Shown one piece after another: positions 1-8,038 of a stretch of DNA of 25,161 nucleotides; within the stretch, counting starts at the first letter, position 1; every line of letters begins with the position of its first letter. The translations under genes were made by a program, and so were the position numbers. This DNA comes from a virus (Duplodnaviria > Caudoviricetes), in the IMG/VR virus record IMGVR_UViG_3300012663_000332, positions 1 to 25,161 of that record, one strand, 5' to 3'. The notes beneath the pieces were generated by a model. It was given only the letters and a program-made list of their open reading frames with translations, did not search any database and was not told the origin of the DNA.

Positions 1-2
1 AT

Positions 3-116
3 CCCACAGTTGATGTGGGAACGGAGCGGTTGCGTTTTGCACCTACTCCGTTTCATGATGATGGAATGATTGAAGACTTAGTTCTAGCACTAACTAAGTT
101 GTTTAATACAAACTAA
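3..116 (+). CDS. hemA: C-terminal fragment of 5-aminolevulinate synthase-like PLP enzyme (class II aminotransferase), truncated by window edge
   Basis: Frame 3 translates PTVDVGTERLRFAPTPFHDDGMIEDLVLALTKLFNTN*, matching the PTVxxGTERLRxxPxPxH C-terminal motif of ALAS; not in ORF track; only 37 aa visible. Confidence 0.7.
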   Translation, partial: PTVDVGTERLRFAPTPFHDDGMIEDLVLALTKLFNTN

Positions 117-333
117 TAAGTTGTGTAACACCAAACACTAGTGCTGCCCTTGCTTGTTGATCGGCAGCACCTTCTTCTAGTTTCTCTGTACTAATCAAAT
201 CTTGTAGTATTTCTTTAGCTTCGCTAGGACTTAGTTGTCCTGCACCTACAGCTTCGTGTACTTCTAATGCATATTGAGCACGTTCTGCTGCCCATTGGTT
301 ACCGCTAGTAATTAATTCTGATAGTACGCTCAT
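103..333 (-). CDS. hypothetical protein (76 aa)
   Basis: ORF coupled to upstream gene (TAATG overlap), GGAG RBS. Confidence 0.7.
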   Translation of the reverse strand: MSVLSELITSGNQWAAERAQYALEVHEAVGAGQLSPSEAKEILQDLISTEKLEEGAADQQARAALVFGVTQLISLY

Positions 334-716
334 TAAAATCTCCCTTGTACTGATCCTGCTAGGATATCAGCTTGTTGTTTAATAATTTTAGCTTTCAAGT
401 CACAGTATAATGGACTCACTGGGCCTGTCTTTAGACGTCCCTGATATTCTTGTATAGTCTTGTCCATTGTACCAGTTAGTTTAGCAATGTCACGTGTAGG
501 TTTTGTTTTAGCATAGATATCAAACCATTCTACGCTTTTTGCTAATTCGTTAAGCTGTGCTGCTTGATCTGCTTTACAATCAAAACGACGAGCCTGTTGC
601 TGTATGTCTGTAATTACTTTAGCTTGATTGACATCCCAACGACTAGGAATCATTTCCATGATACTAGCACATCCTGTTAGAGACATTACAAATAGAACTG
701 CAATAAGTTTTTTCAT
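333..716 (-). CDS. putative lipoprotein
   Basis: MKK + hydrophobic stretch + lipobox SLTGC. Confidence 0.75.
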   Translation of the reverse strand: MKKLIAVLFVMSLTGCASIMEMIPSRWDVNQAKVITDIQQQARRFDCKADQAAQLNELAKSVEWFDIYAKTKPTRDIAKLTGTMDKTIQEYQGRLKTGPVSPLYCDLKAKIIKQQADILAGSVQGRF

Positions 717-1960
717 TTCTTTGCTCTTCCTGATTTCATGTTGGCTAGCCAGTGTGCTAGCTGTCCTTTGCGACCACCTTGTTTAGCAGTTTTACGCAAT
801 GAACTTACTGATGCTTTGGTATTGATCCCATGACGCTTGCTGTCGCCTTTATCTTGTGGATTCTTGCCGTCTGCAAAGTTTTCATTGACACCATGTATAA
901 ATGTTTCAGCAAATGTTTTGCACAAATCTCTTATTTCAGAATCATTAGATTCAAGAATATTAAACTTTCTTTGATCTTCATCTTGGGTAGGATCCGAGTA
1001 GCCGCAATATACTTTTCTAACGGTACTGTTGTTAATGTAGTCTGTACAACTAGGGCCATCACGCTCTGTCATATGCTCGCTACAAGGGCTTAAGGTTGTT
1101 AGTACAATACTGCCTTCAGGAATATCACCATACTTTTCTTCGTATGCTTCCATTGCCGCACGTTCTGCATGTACTCTACCATCATTGCCTGGGTAGTTTA
1201 ATCTTGCTACTAGATTATTGTCTGGATCTAGCACAGCGGCTGCTACCTTGCCAAAGTATTCTGGTTTAGTCTTTTGACCTTCAACTACTAAAGCACACAA
1301 CTTAGATAATATTTTATCTAACTTTTCATAGTTGCGGATTTCAGAATCACTTTGATCTTCACCTAGTGATTCGTTTGTTCTATGGTACTCGCTTGCTTCA
1401 CCTTCTAAACTTACATGCCAAGCATAGAACTTAGTTTGAGGGTATTCATCTTTGAGTTCTACAAACGACTCTAAGTTTGGAACAGCATCATCGTACATGA
1501 TAGCTTTTGTATACTTTCCTTGATCCAATAACTTGCGTATGATAATCTTTTTCTTTTCTTCTGTTTGCATTTTGCCAGTCATATTACCTGCACGATAAAC
1601 ATGTACCTTGCCCATGTCAACTCCGTACTTGCGAAATGTATCAAGGAATAGTTCTCTATCATCGAAGTCAGCACGGGCAGTTACCATTACTACCTTGTTA
1701 CCAGTAGCAATATCATTCTTTAACTGATTCATCATGGGAATAATTGGTTTACTGTTATCAAAGAATTCTTGTGCATTGCGAAAGTTTTCAAAGTCAAATT
1801 GTTCGCCAGGCTGTAGTTTATAAAGTGTAAAATCGTGACTGTTTAATTCTTTAGTCACTTGTCCGTCTTTAACAACATGCACTTTAGTCTGTGTATGGAC
1901 CAGCGTGTCATCTATATCAAAGATAACTAGCTTACTAGGTCGAAACTCGCTTACTCTCAT
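713..1960 (-). CDS. multidomain protein: HAD-family phosphatase + zinc-dependent (CMP/dCMP/RibD-like) deaminase + basic C-terminal peptide
   Basis: FDIDDTL, VTAR and MYDD HAD motifs; HAE and LSPC...SC deaminase motifs; K/R-rich tail after VNE; start placed at MRVSEF (ATGA overlap with upstream stop). Confidence 0.8.
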   Translation of the reverse strand: MRVSEFRPSKLVIFDIDDTLVHTQTKVHVVKDGQVTKELNSHDFTLYKLQPGEQFDFENFRNAQEFFDNSKPIIPMMNQLKNDIATGNKVVMVTARADFDDRELFLDTFRKYGVDMGKVHVYRAGNMTGKMQTEEKKKIIIRKLLDQGKYTKAIMYDDAVPNLESFVELKDEYPQTKFYAWHVSLEGEASEYHRTNESLGEDQSDSEIRNYEKLDKILSKLCALVVEGQKTKPEYFGKVAAAVLDPDNNLVARLNYPGNDGRVHAERAAMEAYEEKYGDIPEGSIVLTTLSPCSEHMTERDGPSCTDYINNSTVRKVYCGYSDPTQDEDQRKFNILESNDSEIRDLCKTFAETFIHGVNENFADGKNPQDKGDSKRHGINTKASVSSLRKTAKQGGRKGQLAHWLANMKSGRAKK

Positions 1961-2502
1961 TTTTTCTTGCCTGCGCAATGAGCCTTCTGACTAAAGCCTT
2001 TTGGATTAGAACAGTTGATTGAACTTTTATACTTCTGTGTCCACTTCTCTTCTAACTCTTGGCTTTCTTTAGGTACACAGTTGTTAACTCTAACACCGCC
2101 TTTCATCTTAGTGCCTTGTTTCTTGTAGCCCTTCCAGCAACTAGGATCTAAGCGTTGTTTCTCTTCGTTAATAACACGTTCAGCTGTTTCAATTAATTGA
2201 CGCATGTCTTCAATGCTTTCACAGTTCCATCGGCGTAGTGCCAGTGCTTTTGGAGTTGGCTTGCCATTGGGCTTTTTCATTGGCCCTTTGTTGCCCGACA
2301 TTCTAGCACAAAACGATTTTCGGCGCTTGGCTGCTTTACTACCTTTCTTTAACTTGCTAGGCTTAGTAGTAACTGCTGTTTGTAGTTTGCTACCTGGATT
2401 TTCTCTGCGATAGGCTTTAACTGCTTTTTTACTCAAGCCATCAGTCTTATCTTGCTTATTGACTTTATTCCAGTCTTCGGTTAACAGTTCACTTATTTTC
2501 AT
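1957..2502 (-). CDS. basic modular phage protein (KSFCARM, CWKGY..NCVP and CSNPKGFSQKAHC cassettes)
   Basis: Very K/R-rich short Cys-containing modules separated by xxE motifs; start MKISELL with GAGGA RBS. Confidence 0.7.
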   Translation of the reverse strand: MKISELLTEDWNKVNKQDKTDGLSKKAVKAYRRENPGSKLQTAVTTKPSKLKKGSKAAKRRKSFCARMSGNKGPMKKPNGKPTPKALALRRWNCESIEDMRQLIETAERVINEEKQRLDPSCWKGYKKQGTKMKGGVRVNNCVPKESQELEEKWTQKYKSSINCSNPKGFSQKAHCAGKKK

Positions 2503-2617
2503 AATCGTCCTCAATTACAGGATAAGGCAGACCAACCATACCGCAGCCGAGTCTAGCTAATCCTTCTAGTATATCATCAAACAGGGCTGTAAGGGTTTCT
2601 GAAACGGTCATAGCCAT
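2489..2617 (-). CDS. possible small protein (42 aa, MAMTVSETLTALFDDILEGLARLGCGMVGLPYPVIEDDYENK)
   Basis: Manual translation; GAGG RBS upstream; fills gap between genes. Confidence 0.4.
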   Translation of the reverse strand: MAMTVSETLTALFDDILEGLARLGCGMVGLPYPVIEDDYENK

Positions 2618-2654
2618 CGTCCTCTGGGTATACTGGGTAGTCATTGGGGTTCAT
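2577..2654 (-). CDS. possible mini-protein (25 aa, MNPNDYPVYPEDDGYDRFRNPYSPV)
   Basis: ATG overlaps TAA of the nuclease gene (TAATG coupling). Confidence 0.35.
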   Translation of the reverse strand: MNPNDYPVYPEDDGYDRFRNPYSPV

Positions 2655-3097
2655 TAGTTACACCAGCTTTGTTTTGCATCACCGTAGTATTCACGGGCTA
2701 GACCGTTAGTGATGAGTCCCTGTCTAATGCTTTGTCCGTTTACCAAGATGTCTCCCAATATACGGCCACCAAACTTATCCCATCCATAGATAATAACTTG
2801 GTGCTTTGGGTGGGATTGTAAGGCTTGAGTTGTAAATTTACTCGCCAATTGCGCTCGCTGGTCTTCTTGTGGACATTGAGCTCTGTGTCCTTTTTCTGGC
2901 GTGTCGACTCCGTAGATTCTAACAGCAAGTTCTGGCTTGAGTGGCTGTGGGAGAAAGGGAGCGGCGATTACAATAGTATCGCCATCACTCACTCTAATAA
3001 CTTGTGCGTCATATGTTGCTGACTTTGCGGGCATCTTGCCCTGTGCTATTGCTAGTGTTGGAACTAACAATAATAGTGCTAATAACTTTTTCATCAA
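2654..3097 (-). CDS. thermonuclease (staphylococcal nuclease-like) with signal peptide
   Basis: VSDGDT, RIYGVDTPE, DKFGGRILG and GLAREY motifs; N-terminal MMKKLLALLLLVPTLAIA. Confidence 0.9.
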   Translation of the reverse strand: MMKKLLALLLLVPTLAIAQGKMPAKSATYDAQVIRVSDGDTIVIAAPFLPQPLKPELAVRIYGVDTPEKGHRAQCPQEDQRAQLASKFTTQALQSHPKHQVIIYGWDKFGGRILGDILVNGQSIRQGLITNGLAREYYGDAKQSWCN

Positions 3098-3115
3098 ATA
3101 CTCCGTTTAACAGAG

Positions 3116-3121
3116 TATTTA
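3116..3121 (-). promoter_or_regulatory. T4-late-like TAAATA box upstream of nuclease gene
   Basis: TAATAAATA on minus strand, then GGAG RBS and ATG. Confidence 0.45.
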
Positions 3122-3559
3122 TTAGATATAGTTGTTGAACCAACCTACTTTTTTGCCTTGAGCAATACGACGATCATATTCATCAACAGAGCTAGGATAA
3201 CGCCAAGCCCAACAAGCGACAAGTCCCATAAAAATTGCGGTACTGATAACTCCAATTGGTTTTACTCCTGTGAAGTACATAATAGCTAAACTTAATGACA
3301 TCATAGCTAGCATAAAGTATTTCATCTTTAAGGGAAATACTCGCTTCTCACCCCAGTTAGTTAGGAACGGGCCAAACAGTTTATGATTATAAATCCAACG
3401 ATGCATACGTTCACTGCCCTTGCTAAAACAATAGGCGGCAAACACCACAAATGGACTATATGGAATGCCCGGTGTTACAACTCCAATGTAAGCCATTCCT
3501 AAGCTGATTAGTCCTGCGGTAGTCCATAGGACTTTTTTTACTGGATGAATTGTAGCCAT
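3122..3559 (-). CDS. ybaN: YbaN/DUF454 family inner-membrane protein
   Basis: IGVVTPGIPYSPF..AAYCFSKGSERMHRWI..HKLFGP signature; hydrophobic helices. Confidence 0.85.
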   Translation of the reverse strand: MATIHPVKKVLWTTAGLISLGMAYIGVVTPGIPYSPFVVFAAYCFSKGSERMHRWIYNHKLFGPFLTNWGEKRVFPLKMKYFMLAMMSLSLAIMYFTGVKPIGVISTAIFMGLVACWAWRYPSSVDEYDRRIAQGKKVGWFNNYI

Positions 3560-4056
3560 TCGTTAAACCTTATATTGTAGAAGCCTTGCTTCTTACGCTT
3601 ATTTACTAGTTCGTAGAAGTCTGGCTTGTAAGGTTTGATTTTAGGTGTCCAACCCTTTGTTTTGTCAGCTTTAGATGCGTTGCACGGTCCGCAGGCATTA
3701 ACTGTGTTTTCCCAGGTAGTCTTGCCACCTTTTGATACTGGCAATACGTGATCCAGTGTTGACTCTTTGCGTTCCACATGAGTTCCGCAGTATTGGCATC
3801 GACCTTCATCCCGTAGGTATACATTGCTACGACTAAATCGAACAGAATGTTTCGCTTTCATATAGTCGCGCAACATGATAACACTAGGAACCTGAGTTTC
3901 CCATTTTTCTGAATGTACAATCCAGTTTTCGTGAAAAAGCAATACATCGGCTTTATTTAAAACCATGTATCTAATAGCTTCTTCCCAAGGAATTGTACTC
4001 AACGGCATTACGCTTACAGGCAATCCGTCGGCATTTAAAACCAACGTGTCTGACAT
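3538..4056 (-). CDS. HNH endonuclease (McrA-like)
   Basis: LVLNAD N-terminus; RD..CQYCG..TLDHVLPVSKGG..WEN..AC..CN..K. Confidence 0.92.
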   Translation of the reverse strand: MSDTLVLNADGLPVSVMPLSTIPWEEAIRYMVLNKADVLLFHENWIVHSEKWETQVPSVIMLRDYMKAKHSVRFSRSNVYLRDEGRCQYCGTHVERKESTLDHVLPVSKGGKTTWENTVNACGPCNASKADKTKGWTPKIKPYKPDFYELVNKRKKQGFYNIRFNEWLQFIQ

Positions 4057-4103
4057 TTTTTACCTCTTTTGATTGTGTTACAGACCCAACCTATGAAGTA
4101 TAT

Positions 4104-4132
4104 ATTATACACTTACAATGTATTTACGTCAA
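4104..4132 (-). promoter_or_regulatory. sigma70-type promoter for HNH gene
   Basis: TTGACG-17 nt-TATAAT; spacer also contains TAAATA. Confidence 0.8.
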
Positions 4133-4137
4133 GTACT

Positions 4138-4686
4138 TTATAATAATATATTTTGAGCAAACTCTAAGCCCGATTGATCTAATGCACTGCACCACTGATC
4201 ATTATTATCGGATCCAAAAACTAGGTCTTCATTAAATGTAGCAGTACACCAGCTAGATTGGACATTAAAGGGTGGCTTACCGGCAATTTCATTTTCCAAT
4301 TGTCCCGGGCTCCATCCGCACATGCCCAGGAACAATCTCCATTGATTTGGAGTATCTCCCATTGCTAGTCTGGGTAGTATATCATCGGCGCTACTAATTG
4401 AAAACTCACCATTGACTCGCATTGTGTTCTTACTAGTCCATTCGTTAGTATGGAGGAAACTTAAATTCTTTACATTGACTGGGCCGCCAAGATATACAAA
4501 TCCTGGCAGGTCTATGTTAAAGCCTAATTGTTCCCCAAACTCTACTAGACTCATCTGGCTACGTTTGTTTATTACTAGTCCAACGCTGCCTTGGGCGTGA
4601 TGTTCAGTTATTAATATAACTGTTTTGTGCCAAAAATTACCTTTTACTGAAGGGGGTGCGATTAATAAATTACCAATAGGATTCAT
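4138..4686 (-). CDS. yqgE: YqgE/AlgH (DUF179) family protein
   Basis: LLIAPP..FWHKTVILI..H..GSVGLVINK, YLGGPV and GWSPGQLENE motifs. Confidence 0.9.
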   Translation of the reverse strand: MNPIGNLLIAPPSVKGNFWHKTVILITEHHAQGSVGLVINKRSQMSLVEFGEQLGFNIDLPGFVYLGGPVNVKNLSFLHTNEWTSKNTMRVNGEFSISSADDILPRLAMGDTPNQWRLFLGMCGWSPGQLENEIAGKPPFNVQSSWCTATFNEDLVFGSDNNDQWCSALDQSGLEFAQNILL

Positions 4687-4697
4687 GCAGATATTTA

Positions 4698-5402
4698 TTA
4701 AGCAAATCTCGACACAGATTTTTCTATGTCAGCCTTTGTAATCACACCGTCACGGTTTCTGTCTAATCCCGAGTTCTGCGCATATACTTTGCCAGAGAAG
4801 CCAGCGGCGCCCTTCTGTCCTAACACTGTATCTTTAGGATAGCCTACATACTTGGGCATGAATACTGCTGTATACAATTCTCCAAGAGAACCATCACCTA
4901 CTCCAGTCATCTTAAAGTATTTGTAAACATAATCCAACTGTTGTACACCGTCCATCTTGTATAGTTCGTCGGTAGTTGTACCCAAGGTAATTGCAGTCTT
5001 AGGCATAAATTGAATTAATCCAGTTGCTCCGCTCATTTTATTTCTTGCTTGTGGATCAACTCCTGACTCTTGTCGCATAATAGCCATCAAGTTCCCAGAC
5101 GATATACCCAATGCACTTGCTACCTTGTCTACTTTCTTTTTAAAGTCAGGATCTTGAATAGGTGTTGTATCAATCTTTTGTGCGTTGACATTATCGGGCT
5201 GTGCTAATGCTGTTTTATATTTGTCAGCTATCTCTGGAAACTTCTCTGCTGCTCTACGAGTAAAAGGACCCATACGTCCGTCTAACCCGTCACCTTTAGG
5301 TCCAAATTTTCCAAGGTCAGCACCTGCGGCTTTAAGTTCTTTTTGCATTGCTAATACTTGACTATCAAATGCTTCTGTTAGTTTAAATTCGTTAAATCGC
5401 AT
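4698..5402 (-). CDS. lytic transglycosylase (SLT-like) with N-terminal peptidoglycan-binding domain
   Basis: MQKEL..G..DGRMGPFT PG-binding motif; IMRQES catalytic Glu, ATGLIQFMPKTA; start at MRFNEF. Confidence 0.85.
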   Translation of the reverse strand: MRFNEFKLTEAFDSQVLAMQKELKAAGADLGKFGPKGDGLDGRMGPFTRRAAEKFPEIADKYKTALAQPDNVNAQKIDTTPIQDPDFKKKVDKVASALGISSGNLMAIMRQESGVDPQARNKMSGATGLIQFMPKTAITLGTTTDELYKMDGVQQLDYVYKYFKMTGVGDGSLGELYTAVFMPKYVGYPKDTVLGQKGAAGFSGKVYAQNSGLDRNRDGVITKADIEKSVSRFA

Positions 5403-5403
5403 G

Positions 5404-5769
5404 TTAACTCCAATCTGGTAATGGGCCGCCGTATTTGCGACCTTTAATTCTATGGCCGCCAACTGTGACACGACTCTTAGGACTCTTTCCTAGCTTGTGT
5501 GTTTTTTCACCATCACGAGCACGTAGTCCTTGTGACTTACAACTTGCTAGCTGACTAGCACCTAAATCTGAATCTGGCTTAGAGCTATTGCATAACTCAC
5601 GTGATGCTTTGCCTTCTTCATCTAACGCATGGGATTCGCCGCAGTACTCGCAGGTAGTTGTATATCTAGATTCAGCAGTATGTCCGCGATCAGGGCGACT
5701 GCCGGGGCGGGCAGGACGTTTTGGGTTCGTACCAATAGCGGCTTCGGGTAAAAATTCTTTTGCTTTCAT
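5404..5769 (-). CDS. small basic modular phage protein
   Basis: MKAKEFLPE start; CEYC and C..SCKSQGLR..KYGGPLPDWS modules. Confidence 0.65.
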   Translation of the reverse strand: MKAKEFLPEAAIGTNPKRPARPGSRPDRGHTAESRYTTTCEYCGESHALDEEGKASRELCNSSKPDSDLGASQLASCKSQGLRARDGEKTHKLGKSPKSRVTVGGHRIKGRKYGGPLPDWS

Positions 5770-6581
5770 AATTTGTATTTATCTAACCATTCTTCTATGC
5801 TAATCCAGCGTTGCACACCAATAGCATCTTCTAGTCTAGTTAGATCAGCGCATGTGTACTTTTGATAGCTAGATTTAAGTATTTCCGGCATTTCTGTATA
5901 TGCTATGCAAGTATTATTACGCTGGCTTATGATGTTGGCAACTTCTTGGAAACTTCTTGCTGTTCCTGTGCCAATATTCCATATTCCGCTTGCTGATACT
6001 TTTTGTATAAAGTCAACGTGTACACGACATATATCTTCAACTGCAATAAAGTCTCGAAGGTACTGTTCACTATTATAGAACAGTTTGATAGGGTTTTGTT
6101 TGTTAAATTGAGTAATAGGACTGGCTTGTGTCCCTTTATGATCTTCGTGATTACCGTACACATTAAAGTAACGGAATCCTTGTACTATCTTAGAAGTATC
6201 TTGTGTAGCGACCCAACGTTCAAACCAAAACTTACTCCAGGAATAATGGTTTAATGGATTGCCCGTATTAGATTCTGTAAAATCTCTACTTAACCCATAC
6301 ACGCTTGCCGAACTTGAATATTGTAAGTTAACGTATAATCGTTTGCATGCTTCAAATAATCGTTGACTAAACTCTAAGTTTTGTCTTTTAATTTTATCAG
6401 TATCTTGTTCTACAGTACTACTAATAGCGCCTAGATGAATAACCCAATCGTTTCCATCAACTGTTGGAAATACACTATCGCCCCAATCCCAACCAGTAAC
6501 TTCCCAATCAGTGTTTGTTTGTATGTATTTTACTAAATTCTGCCCTATGAATCCTTTGTAGCCCGTAACTAATACTTTCAT
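5766..6581 (-). CDS. hldD: ADP-L-glycero-D-manno-heptose 6-epimerase-like NAD-dependent epimerase (copy 1)
   Basis: TGYKGFIG Rossmann motif, HLGAISST, SSASVYG, YSWSK, GFRYFNVYG..EDHKG, RDFI. Confidence 0.85.
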   Translation of the reverse strand: MKVLVTGYKGFIGQNLVKYIQTNTDWEVTGWDWGDSVFPTVDGNDWVIHLGAISSTVEQDTDKIKRQNLEFSQRLFEACKRLYVNLQYSSSASVYGLSRDFTESNTGNPLNHYSWSKFWFERWVATQDTSKIVQGFRYFNVYGNHEDHKGTQASPITQFNKQNPIKLFYNSEQYLRDFIAVEDICRVHVDFIQKVSASGIWNIGTGTARSFQEVANIISQRNNTCIAYTEMPEILKSSYQKYTCADLTRLEDAIGVQRWISIEEWLDKYKL

Positions 6582-7339
6582 CTAATTTCCTGTAACGTGG
6601 GCGCATAACATCCTAAGTGTTTTACCGTAATGCTAGCGGCCTTGTTAGCAAACTCCATTGCTAACTTTATATCTTTAGTTATTAAAAACTGATAGGCTAA
6701 CGCAGATAAAAAGGTATCACCAGCACCCGTTACATCTACTACCTCAACAGCCGGAGCCGGTACAGTTATATCATGATGAACCGCACTCGCACCTTTACTG
6801 CCTCGAGTAACAATAAGTCCAGAGCATTCGCTTTTAATCTTACTATATTCTAATTCGTTAATCTTAACCCATGCACCTTGAAATCGTTCTAAGTCTGTTT
6901 TCTTAGTGTCTATAAAGATTGGAATACTTAACGCAATAAGCTCTTCGATCAGGTTGTAACTAACTGTTCCTTTATTGTAGTCGCTAACAACTACTGCGTC
7001 ATACACATTAGGAATATCAGTATCAAATGCAAGAGGCGTTGCATTAACATCGTCGTCAATTCTAATCATTTGTTGTTTGCTACGACTATCAATTAGTCTA
7101 GTCTTCATACTAGTTTCGCTATGTAGATAGTCTACACTACAGCCCAGTGCCTTTAAGTTATTGTTGACATTGCCAGCCATACCGGCACGTTGTTCTTTGT
7201 GGCTGTATTTGAAGATAGGAACAGGAGCTTCTGGACTAATGCGATCTACTGTACCATACTGATACACATCAATGCAGTTATCACCTACTAATAATATCTT
7301 GAATGATTTTTGTTGTTGAGTATGGTTCAATTCGGTCAT
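6578..7339 (-). CDS. hldA: D-glycero-beta-D-manno-heptose-7-phosphate kinase-like (RfaE domain I, PfkB family)
   Basis: RISPEAPVP, GMAGNV, SDYNKG, DVTGAGDTF. Confidence 0.88.
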   Translation of the reverse strand: MTELNHTQQQKSFKILLVGDNCIDVYQYGTVDRISPEAPVPIFKYSHKEQRAGMAGNVNNNLKALGCSVDYLHSETSMKTRLIDSRSKQQMIRIDDDVNATPLAFDTDIPNVYDAVVVSDYNKGTVSYNLIEELIALSIPIFIDTKKTDLERFQGAWVKINELEYSKIKSECSGLIVTRGSKGASAVHHDITVPAPAVEVVDVTGAGDTFLSALAYQFLITKDIKLAMEFANKAASITVKHLGCYAPTLQEIR

Positions 7340-7682
7340 AGTATATTACTTTATTGCAGTACTGATGTGCTGTTGACTCTGTGTCGTGTTTCCAGTCACT
7401 GCCTTTAACATACACATCAGGTTTATATAATTTCATTAGTCTGATTAATTCTTCCGTACTATCGAAGAACACTACAAAATCCACAGCTTTGAGATTACTC
7501 AACATAATCTTACGATCTGTTTGATTGTTGATAGGGCGTTGTTCGCCTTTGAGTTCTTTTACTCGTCTATCAGTGTCAATGGCCACAATAAGCCAATCAC
7601 CGTAGCTACGTGCTGTGTTTAATAAAGCAATGTGTCCTGGATGTAGTACATCAAACGTGCCATTGACCATTACTGTTGTCAT
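7281..7682 (-). CDS. hldC: heptose-1-phosphate adenylyltransferase-like (RfaE domain II)
   Basis: NGTFDVLHPGH, LKG..RP, KPDVYVKGSDW, STTKII. Confidence 0.85.
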   Translation of the reverse strand: MTTVMVNGTFDVLHPGHIALLNTARSYGDWLIVAIDTDRRVKELKGEQRPINNQTDRKIMLSNLKAVDFVVFFDSTEELIRLMKLYKPDVYVKGSDWKHDTESTAHQYCNKVIYYDRIEPYSTTKIIQDIISR

Positions 7683-8038
7683 TTTTGACTATCGCCCGGA
7701 AGTATTCTATGATTGTCTTCTACACTGTCAGGAGTACTAACCTCTACAATGATGCCTTCTTCTATGCACACTAATTGATGTGGCAATAGCGGAGGGTTGT
7801 GCCATGTGTCGCCTTCGTATAATGTGGTTACATACGGCTTGGCAGTTGCAGTGTCTATACAGTTAACTTGGAACTGTCCTTGTAGTACACACCAAGTTTC
7901 GTCTTTCTCTGCATGAAAGTGCATACTAAACTTGGCACCTTGTTTAAAGTACAGAAGCTTACCGCAGTATTTGTCAGTAGTAGCAAAGATAAATTCTCCG
8001 CCCCATCCTTTTTCTACAGCACCTGTTAATCGTGTCAT
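7679..8038 (-). CDS. cupin-domain sugar isomerase-like protein
   Basis: KGWGGE, SMHFH.EKDETW, PHQL, EVST. Confidence 0.8.
   Translation of the reverse strand: MTRLTGAVEKGWGGEFIFATTDKYCGKLLYFKQGAKFSMHFHAEKDETWCVLQGQFQVNCIDTATAKPYVTTLYEGDTWHNPPLLPHQLVCIEEGIIVEVSTPDSVEDNHRILPGDSQK

Noticed and set aside
2-52. Two neat hairpins (TCCCACA/TGTGGGA, ACGGAG/CTCCGT) suggesting a structured RNA
   Set aside because: The same bases encode the conserved ALAS-like C-terminus in frame 3; coding explains the region more simply
103-716. Lipoprotein plus small ORF as a spanin pair
   Set aside because: No inner-membrane spanin with N-terminal TM helix upstream, and no adjacent holin
3538-4056. HNH or GIY-YIG genes as intron-encoded homing endonucleases
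   Set aside because: Both are free-standing with their own promoters; no interrupted host gene flanks them
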